From Octopus sinensis (taxonomy: Eukaryota): a stretch of 64,000 nt of DNA. The stretch's first letter is position 1, and the number at the start of each line of letters is the position of its first letter. A model generated the notes under the pieces. The model searched no databases and was not told the origin of the DNA. It saw only the letters and a list, made by a program, of their open reading frames with translations. The DNA is taken from the NCBI RefSeq assembly GCF_006345805.1, contig NW_021835465.1, forward strand, positions 6,593-70,592. The letters are read 5' to 3'. A program made the translations under genes and the position numbers. Below are positions 55,204 to 64,000 of the stretch, in pieces.

Positions 55204-55571
55204 TTATTACCTCCGTCGTTAAGGTACAGTTTTCAGTCGTGTTTGTTTGTTTGTCCGTGGACAAGATATCTCAAGAACCGCTGGATGGATTTAGATGAAA
55301 TTTTCAGGGATGTTTGGCTTCATGACTGGCATGAACTGATTAGAATTTGGGATCGATCCGTTGCCGGACAAGGATTCTGGATTAATTTTCCCTTTTTTTT
55401 TTTCTTTTACTTAATTTTTGTGAGTGGTCGGGTTCATTTTTAGTATTCTCATTTGTGAGAGTAGTCGAGTTTATTTCAGATATTCTCATTTAAAAAATCC
55501 TCTCTGACTAATCGTTGAGAGGACGTTGGTGTTGCCTTGACGGAGGTTTGCACTCCCTGAGTGTTTTTGTT
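55204..55571 (+). mobile_element. Helentron-associated non-autonomous element (HINE-like)
   Basis: Subterminal inverted repeats CCTCCGTC/GACGGAGG, (GTTT)n after the 5' IR, 3' hairpin GCACTC-CCT-GAGTGT, T-rich ends. Confidence 0.75.
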
Positions 55572-56076
55572 ACTTTTGTAGTTTTCCTTATGATGTCATT
55601 ACAGTACGTAACAGCAGTACGACAGAAGCTCTATTACGTACTGTAATGATACAACAGCGTCATTGATATTAAATAGTCATTAGAAAATTTACTCTTTTGC
55701 ACTAATTAGCAAACATGAAACCGAAGCGAAGTACGTTCCGTTCTCTACAGAATTTTAGGCGAGTGCGCGCGCAGAAGTGCACATACGTACAAGCACGTGC
55801 ACATCAACTACCACACATACAACTACATTCTAATACAATTTCACACAGTCATAAAGGCACAAATACACGCAAGCAACCATGCACAAATATATACACATTT
55901 ATTTTCCTATACTTGCATTGTCAACATGTGGTTACTAACAAATTTAGTTAATTGCTAATAAATATTAATACTGTGCATGAATGTATATTCATATGTATGT
56001 ATGTATATATGTATGTATGTATGTATGTATGTAATAAACACCATATATATATAAAATATAATGTGATATATATATA

Positions 56077-56116
<40 letters not shown>

Positions 56117-56149
56117 TCTTTACTCTTTTACTTGCTCATTCATTTGACT

Positions 56150-56618
56150 GTTGGCCGAAATCTGCCTTTCAGCTCCTGACCCTCGTCGTGTTAACATCGT
56201 TGTGCTTCGTCCGCCGCTATAAAGGCTTTTTCCAATGCGCCAGAGAAAAAATTTGTTTGCTTGTTATCAGTCGTAAGACACTTGTTGTTTTCACCGTTAA
56301 TGCTTCTGTATTTCATGTTTCTGTATTCCATTATTGTTTTTTATATCTGTCCCTTTTGCTGTCCTGGTGTTCGTATGCATTCGATCCTTCTTCCAGGAAA
56401 TCTACGCTTCCAGCTTAGTTTTTCTAATGCTCGTTGCTTAGTTTTTCTTGGAGGGCTGGCCGTGATCTAGTAATCTCAAGATTAATCAGCCGAAATTACT
56501 ACGATGATCCGGTTCTTGACTGAAGACTGAGGGGTTCGAATGTCCTGTCCATGTTTATTGTATCGTCTTCTATGAGTTATACGTTCTTGTCCATGTTGTA
56601 TTTTTCTACATACCTTAA

Positions 56619-56620
<2 letters not shown>
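56150..56620 (+). mobile_element. Family HC structured repeat, longer copy
   Basis: 56450-56620 homologous to 41157-41330. Confidence 0.55.
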
Positions 56621-56682
<62 letters not shown>

Positions 56683-56683
56683 C

Positions 56684-56720
<37 letters not shown>

Positions 56721-57006
56721 AACAATTGCAGCGTGGAAGGTGTTTATAAGCCATTTAAGAAACACACAAAAGCCGTTCGATTCACTCCAACATTTAAGTT
56801 TAATTTGTCAAAATATTTCGTCGCTAAAATCCGCGACCTGTTCACTGACAAAGTCCGTGCTGCAGCACGGACTTTGTCAGTGAACAGGTCGCGGTCTTAA
56901 AGCGACGAAAATATTTTGACAAATTAAACTTAAATGTTGGAATGAATCGAACGGCTTTTGTGTGTTTCTTAAATGGCTTATAAACACCTTCCACGCTGCA
57001 ATTGTT
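56721..57006. repeat. Near-perfect spacerless palindrome (~143-bp arms) of a PLE-type end
   Basis: Centre CTG|CAG at 56862/56863; arms differ only at a few positions. Confidence 0.95.
56873..56923 (+). ncRNA. Minimal type I hammerhead with G3:C8 compensatory swap
   Basis: TTTGTCA-GTGAACA-G-GTCGC-GGTCTTAAA-GCGAC-GAA-AATATT-T-TGACAAA. Confidence 0.7.
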
Positions 57007-57062
57007 TTCGTTTCAGCACATGATCTCAGATCAATTACTTGCTATGCGAGTACATCTCCGTA

Positions 57063-57119
<57 letters not shown>

Positions 57120-57177
57120 TATTTATGTGTGTATATATATATATGTATATATATGTATGCATATATATATATATCTA

Positions 57178-57244
<67 letters not shown>

Positions 57245-57288
57245 ATATATATATATATATGAAAAAACAAGTAAAAAATAGAAAATGC

Positions 57289-57334
<46 letters not shown>

Positions 57335-57384
57335 TCATATATGTATATATAGTAAAAAATTACAAAAAAGAAAAACAAAAGACG

Positions 57385-57550
57385 AAGACGGGTGTGTAAA
57401 CAACAAACAGTTGCATTAAGTTTAACGCTCGGGAAGGGAGAAAGTCTTTTACGTTTCGAGCCTACGCTCTACGACAGAAAGGAACACAAAATAACAGGGA
57501 GAGAAAATAATAAAAAAAGGTTTAGTGGCTAGCGATCATTCATGGCGATA
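57385..57550 (-). mobile_element. Family HA repeat end with HHR-like motif at 57444-57482
   Basis: Minus strand CTTT-CTGTCGT-A-GAGC-GTAG-GCTC-GAAAC-GTA-AAAG. Confidence 0.65.
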
Positions 57551-57556
57551 TGTATG

Positions 57557-57612
<56 letters not shown>

Positions 57613-58232
57613 CATATATATAGAGGAGAGGGATACGTATATATGTGTGTGCATGCGTACACACATACGCACACACCACATACACATATACGCACACGCA
57701 AATGCTTGCATGAGGTATAAAATTACAATCTTGTTAACGAGTGTTTATAAATTAAGAATAATTACCAGAATATATGAACCGGCGATGAGGCAACTTCAAA
57801 AGACGAAATTTGGTGGGAACCGAACGAAAACCTATAGTTTTTGACGTTATTCATTAACAAATAATAATTAACACTGGACCTTAATAAACAGGGGTTTCAT
57901 CGAATCCATTCATCATATCGTTTCGTACATGTGATAGCAACAAGTAATTTGATCTTATACTCACACCCCTCCCCATCTCTCTTCCTTTCTATCCATTTAA
58001 TCCCAGAGTATTACTGTGCGAGTCTCATACTTTATCATTTTCTCTCTGCCTCCTTCTCTCTCTCTCTCTCTCCCTCTCTCTCTCTTTCTCACTCTCTTAT
58101 TCTCTCTCCTTCTCACACTCTTGCACTCTTTTTTTGTTTCTCTCTTTTTCTCTCATCCCTCCCTCTCTCCCTCCCTGTCTCTTACTCTCTTTTTTTGTAA
58201 ATATGAAAACAAAAACGAATTGTGATAAATAT

Positions 58233-58676
58233 GCTCTTTTACTCTTTTACTTGTTTCAGTCATTTGACAGCAGCCATGCTGGAGCACCGCCTTTAGTCGA
58301 GCAAATCGACTCCAGGACTTATTCTTTGTAAGCCTAGTACTTATTCTATCGGCCTCTTTTGTCGAGCCGCTAAGTTACGGGGACGTAAACACACCACCAC
58401 CTGTTATCAAACGTTGTTAGGGGACAAACACAGACACACAAACATATACATGCACACACACACACACACACACACACACCACACACACACATATATACAT
58501 ATATACATATATATATATACGACTGGCTTCTTTCAGTTTCCGTCTACCAAATCCACTCACAAGGCTTTGGTCGGCCAGAAGCTATAGTAGAAGACAGTGG
58601 CCCAAGGCGCCACGCAGTGGGAATGACCCGGAACCATGTGGTTGGTAAGCAAGCTACTTACCACACAGCCACTCCT
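58233..58676 (-). mobile_element. SINE-A full-length
   Basis: Consensus match. Confidence 0.9.
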
Positions 58677-59480
58677 ATATATTTTGGAGGTGGAGACATG
58701 ATCCCATGACCTTTACAGACGACCTCCCTCCACCTCTTGCTAGGGGAAGTCGATGCGAGGATGTTGAAGGTTTAACTTGAACAGCTTGTACATTTAGCAT
58801 GCATTACAGGGAGGCGCAGTCAGGAGGAAGAAAGGCGGGTCAAAAGGTTTAGCGCAGAATTTTTGTTTTTTGTCTGTCAAGTGTGTGGCGGCGGGAAGGT
58901 GGCACACACACCACACACACACACAACACACACACACACACACACGCACACACACACTCTACTGGTGAAAAGAACATGAAAAGAGGGAACATCAAATAGG
59001 GTTAGATGAAGTTGTATGGAACTTGCTGGATCAGGGCCTTGGAAACCATTGTTATTGTTGTTGTTGTTTCAGTTCATCTCTGACTGAGCAGGGGGCATGA
59101 TCAAAAAATTTGATGATGCGAAACATTCCAGCCGTGATCATCGCACGTTTTTTTTCTAATACTGTTGTTTGGACTTTGCACAATATGCATTTTTAAAGCT
59201 ATTTCAAACTTGTAGAGCCCACATAGAGGTTTACCCAGTGGAGAAAACTTGGTAGTAGTAGTAGTAGTAGTAGAAGAAGAAGATGTACAGAGATGGCACA
59301 TTGTATTTTAGGACTAATTCTCTGGTGTGCTGTTGATTAATTCCTTTCGTTGGATGGCATTTGTATTGGAGGTGATCGACACATGTTTTGCATGTTAGCT
59401 AAAGAAGTTTTAGTTATAATCTAGACAAGATTTCGAAGTCATCTTAAGGTGACCAAAAAATGTTTGCAATGTCGTCTAAA

Positions 59481-59885
59481 GGCGCAGGAGTGGCTGTGTG
59501 GTAAGTAGCTTGCTAACCAACCACATGGTTCCGGGTTCAGTCCCACTGCGTGGCATCTTGGGCAAGTGTCTTCTGCTATAGCCCCGGGCCGACCAATGCC
59601 TTGTGAGTGGATTTGGTAGACGGAAACTGAAAGAAGCCTGTCGTATATATATATGTATATATGTGTGTGTTTGTGTGTCTGTGTTTGTTCCCCTAGCATT
59701 GCTTGACAACCGATGCTGGTGTGTTTACGTCCCCGTCACTTAGCGGTTCGGCAAAAGAGACCGATAGAATAAGTACTGGGCTTACAAAGAATAAGTCCCG
59801 GGGTCGATTTGCTCGACTAAAGGCGGTGCTCCAGCATGGCCGCAGTCAAATGACTGAAACAAGTAAAAGAGTAAAAGAGTAAAGT
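59481..59885 (+). mobile_element. SINE-A full-length
   Basis: Consensus match with (AAAAGAGT)n tail. Confidence 0.9.
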
Positions 59886-60049
59886 GTTTACTGAAAATAG
59901 TCTCTGCATATTTTGGAAGTAGTAAAAATATGCCCTCGATGTGGTCTATGTTTGTCTGATGAGATTTACTGATGTAATCGACATGGTTTATATAGTAGAA
60001 AATTACTATTATAAAATCTTACAACGTGAGATATTCAGCAACAGTACTT

Positions 60050-60455
60050 TGTAGTAAAGATTGTTTGCCAACATAACATGGCAGTCCTGGCTTAGGACGA
60101 ATGTTGCTGTAATTTAGCCCCAGGAAGATATCGTCTCCAGCTGGCTATACGACACGATCTGTGTCCTTATATTTTCGAACAAGGGAATCTTGCATCCCCA
60201 CTCACATCAAAACAATATCTGTGTATCGCGATTTCTGGGTTATTTCTCTTCATCAATACAGAATAATTGTTCGGCTGGAGGTGGCGCTGCCAAATTCCCG
60301 TTCGAAATATATATATATTTCCTTGTTCGAAAATATAAGGACACAAATCGTGTCTTATAGCCAGCTGGAAACGATGCCTTCCTGGGGCTAAATTATAGCA
60401 ACATTAGTCCTAAACCAGGACTGCCATGTTATGTTGGCAAACAATCTTTACTACA
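60050..60455. mobile_element. MITE, ~405 bp with ~135-bp TIRs
   Basis: 60050-60185 is the reverse complement of 60318-60455. Confidence 0.9.
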
Positions 60456-60469
60456 TGGTTTATATGTGT

Positions 60470-61790
60470 TCAGACTATAACCAAAACATGTTTAGACCAC
60501 TTCCAGAATATGTTTAATACATATCGAAAACTTTGTTAGACCACATCGAATGCATGCTTAGACGAATCCAACCAATCCAAAACATGTTTTAGCTCACGTC
60601 AAATACGTGTTTAGATCATATTCAAAACATATTTAGCTCACTGCCAAACCAATGTTGATACTACTTCAAAAGCATGCTGAGACCTCATATATAACATGTT
60701 TAAACTACTCAAAGAATGTTTAAATAACTTCAAAGATATGTTTAGATGATATCCAAAAGCTCACATGCAAAGCAATTTTTAAAATTACATCAAAAATAAG
60801 TCCAGACGTCACTGAAACGTGTAAATAACCTCGAAGGCATATTTAGATTACTGGCAGAAATGTTTAGACTATATCAAATATCAAGTGTAAGCCAAATTCA
60901 AAAGTTGTTTAAATTATGCCCAAACCATGTTTAGACTACTTTCAAAACATGATTGCACTTTATCCAAAACATGGTTAGACCACTTCAAAAACATGCTTAA
61001 AACAGACGCAAAACATGTTTAAATAACATCCGAAACCTGCTTAGGCCGATTCCAAAACAAATGTCTTCCAATTGATTGTGAATTATTTCGTCACCAACAT
61101 AATCTAGGCTGTTACATACAAGATATAATTGAGGAGTGTTTTGGATGTGATTTAAGCATATTTGGAATTTGGAAGAGATCATAACTTGTTTTAGATGTAA
61201 TCTGAAATGGAAGGGATCTAAACTGGCTTTGGGTGTCGTCTAAATAGGTTTCAGATTTGGTCTTAACATGTTTTTTTTTATGGGACCTAAACGTCCTTTG
61301 GATGTAGTCTAAAGACTGCATCATTTGAACATGTTTTAGATGCCATGCGAAAATATTCTGGGTGAAGGCAACCATGTTTCAGATATGATCTTAACATGTC
61401 TTCGAAGTGGTTTATGCTTTGGAGTTGGTTGAAAAGTGGTCTAAACGTGGCTTAAGCAAGTTTTTGAAGTAGTCTAGATATCAGTCTGAAACTAGTCTAA
61501 ACATGTTTTGAAATAGTTTCAAGATAGTTTGGATGTGGGCTAAACATGATTTTCATGGGATCTATACACGTTTCAGATGAGTTTTAGCGGTATTATGATG
61601 TAATTCACCAACAAAGTGTTTAGATGTAAACACGATTTGGATGTCAGTCATACATATATTAAAAGCAGTCTAAGCATGTTTAAAATGTGGTCTAAGCATG
61701 TTTTGTATTTCATCTTGATACTTCAGTAGGTGTCTAAATAGTGTAATCATGTGGTTTAAACATTTCTAAAGTGGTTCCTTCAGATGTATC
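60470..61790. repeat. Foldback-like inverted arrays of a degenerate ~21-23-bp unit (AAAACATGTTTAGACCACTTC)
   Basis: Units read forward to ~61070 and in reverse orientation from ~61130. Confidence 0.75.
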
Positions 61791-62139
61791 AGAACAAAGT
61801 GAAAGATATGGTGTTGTTAAAATGATTTTGTTTTGTGTTCTGTAGAGTTGTAGAAGAGTCTGGACTGAATGGGAGAAATAGTGGTTTTAGGCATAAGTCA
61901 TTCAGTTTCACACAGCCCCGCCACCACCACAACTCTTATAAATTTTCGTGACTCAAGCAATAACCATCTTACCAGTTATTATGACTTAAACAACAACCAT
62001 CTTATTGTGACACATAATTGTTAGTATCTCAATCCTCAGATTTTGCAGCACAAATCATCATCTCCATACCATTATCCTATTGATTCTGGTGCCTCAGACC
62101 TCCTCTGGATAACTAATTCTGTTTACGTATTCGCTCAAT

Positions 62140-62290
62140 GGGGAGCAACAGCTTATGGTAGAGTCACTAGAGCGTTGGATAAGAAATGCCACATGGTGTT
62201 TGTCCTGAGTCTCTGTACTTCGTGTTCAAATCTCATCGAAGTCATCTTTGCCTTTCCTTCATCCGGGGTCAATACAAAGTAGCGATCGAG
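62140..62290 (+). mobile_element. Ancient SINE-B-like remnant
   Basis: GTGTTCAAATCTCATCGAAGTCATCTTTGCCTTTCCTTCATCCGGGGTCAATA. Confidence 0.5.
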
Positions 62291-62341
62291 GGCAGCGGAT
62301 AAGTGGAAGTCTTAGATCACTAACTGCAGTGACGCTAGTAC

Positions 62342-62551
62342 CTAGTTGTACCATCCTCAAAGTCGGTGCCCTTTTCCCTGAGGACAATATCAGTTGTGTG
62401 GGGAGGGCATACTTCATTGACAACGGCCAGTTTTCCTTGAAAACCAGCCGTGCCTGCGTATACAGGTGTTGGTGCATGGCCAGCTGAGACTGTCGAAAGG
62501 GATCTGAGCTGACCACCTCCACCGCCGCCACCACAGTGGCAGAAACCAAAC
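62342..62551 (-). CDS. Candidate host coding exon (210 nt), unknown product: FGFCHCGGGGGGGQLRSLSTVSAGHAPTPVYAGTAGFQGKLAVVNEVCPPHTTDIVLREKGTDFEDGTT
   Basis: AG acceptor just after an in-frame stop, AG|GTACTA donor, phase 2-2 symmetric, strong G bias at first codon positions, unique higher-GC sequence; polypyrimidine tract weak. Confidence 0.4.
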
Positions 62552-62879
62552 CTAATCCATCAAATTTAGTGAAACACACTGTCGCTAGCTTAAGGATTCT
62601 CTTGGCATATATCATCAATTAGTTACCGATTCTGTTGACATATGACATAATTAATTTATTAATTCATGTGACACAAACTAGCACAAGTTTCCACATACTG
62701 ATGACACAGACCACTCAAATATTACAATTCTGATGACACGCTATCAGTAAACAACTGTTACCAGACCTATCGCTATTGGCAGACCAGTTCCGGTGACTGC
62801 AGTGGTTTATGTATAACACAGCAGTTTCATCATACTGTATTTAATTAATTGGTATTTGTAATCAACATTAACTAATGGA

Positions 62880-62927
<48 letters not shown>

Positions 62928-62928
62928 G

Positions 62929-63203
62929 TGTGGAGGCGTAATGGCCCAGTGGTTAGGGCAGCGGACTCGCGGTCGTAGGATCGCGGTTTCGATTCCCACA
63001 TCGGGCATTGCGAGTGTTTATTGAGCGAAAACACCTAAAAGCTCCACGAGGCTCTGGCAAGGGGTGGTGGCGATCCCTGCTGTACTCTTTCGCCACAACT
63101 TTCTCTCACTCTTTCTTCTATTGGCCTGCTCGCTTAGCCAGCGTAGTGGTGTTATTTGAAGGCTAAAACAATGCTAAGCGCATTGTGACCAGCGATGTGT
63201 AGC
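62929..63203 (+). mobile_element. SINE-C with tail type 3
   Basis: Shared head/body, then GGCCTGCTCGCTTAGCCAGC...CATTGTGACCAGCGATGTGTAGC. Confidence 0.85.
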
Positions 63204-64000
63204 ATACACATACACACACACACACGGACATACATCTATGCACACACATATATACACACATACTCATATACATTCATCGGACACACTGACACCCAGACAT
63301 ACACACAGACACACTCACACATCCACACACATACATACTTACGCGCATACTCGCAGGCGCGCGCACACACGCGCTTGCGCCGGTTCGCGCACGCATACGC
63401 GCCGCATGCACCTCGCTCTTGGACCCGACGAGGACTCCCCACTCGTTCCTGGGACCGTCGCTTGTCGTTGGGTTTTCCCACGCCCGTCTTCCGCGGGACC
63501 ACTATTCCATCTTCCCCTCAGCTGTATCCTTTTTCTTAAACCCCCCTTTTTTTGTTACACACACGCGCACATATATACACACATTGCTTAAATATTATAA
63601 TTACTCTAACACACATTCAATCTACTCGCCATTAATACTACCACGACACTGGACACACCACACACACTACTACTCAACACACGCTGGCACGCTACATACG
63701 CCCCCACCCTTCTCCTCCCTCCCTTCCTCTTTCCTTCTTTTTCTTATTACTGACCACTGTCTGCTTGCCTACCACTGTCCTCGCCATACCTCCACACGCC
63801 TACACACAGACGCACACACTAACACATACATATATTTTTTGTTTTTTATCTCGCCTCACACACACACATACACACACGCACACGCACGCACTCACACATA
63901 CACACACTCTGTTGCGTTACCAACCTTGTCTCCACTCTTTGGCTTTAAAAACCTACTTTGCTCTTGTTATCGTAAACTTCCGCCTTTCACCATGTGTAAC

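Noticed and set aside
59955-59995. CTGATGA-GATT...AATC-GACAT hammerhead-like string
   Set aside because: GAAA is replaced by GACA and there is no stem I.
60470-61790. CRISPR-like or heptad-coding array
   Set aside because: Eukaryotic context, no unique spacers, variable unit length breaks frame, and no continuous ORF.
61845-61950. Plus-strand acceptor followed by VVEESGLNGRNSGFRHK
   Set aside because: Short, no good donor, no recognisable protein.

Overview
AT-rich, microsatellite-saturated animal genomic DNA. It is most likely intronic or intergenic sequence of a coleoid cephalopod (Octopus-like); this is inferred from my recollection of the SINE families, not from a search. Almost all long ORFs in the supplied track are translations of simple repeats or of the antisense strand of transposons. 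The window holds about 28 copies of three tRNA-derived SINE families and fragments of at least five non-LTR clades (Tx1/L1-like, R4/Dong-like RLE, a second RLE family, CR1-group, RTE-like). It also holds several Penelope-like element (PLE) ORF remnants, mariner, Helitron/HINE and MITE remnants, a foldback-like array, an 819-bp tandem duplication and a complex template-switch rearrangement. One candidate host coding exon was found (62342-62551, minus) and no complete gene. The most interesting signal is a set of about nine minimal type I hammerhead-ribozyme (HHR)-like motifs. One is carried by a tRNA-headed (Pol III) SINE-like element with PLE-style inverted-tail architecture (32838-33412). Another is an apparently intact HHR with a compensatory G3:C8 core swap inside a spacerless 286-bp palindrome (56721-57006). 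Boundaries were read by eye and are approximate; no folding, alignment or database search was run.
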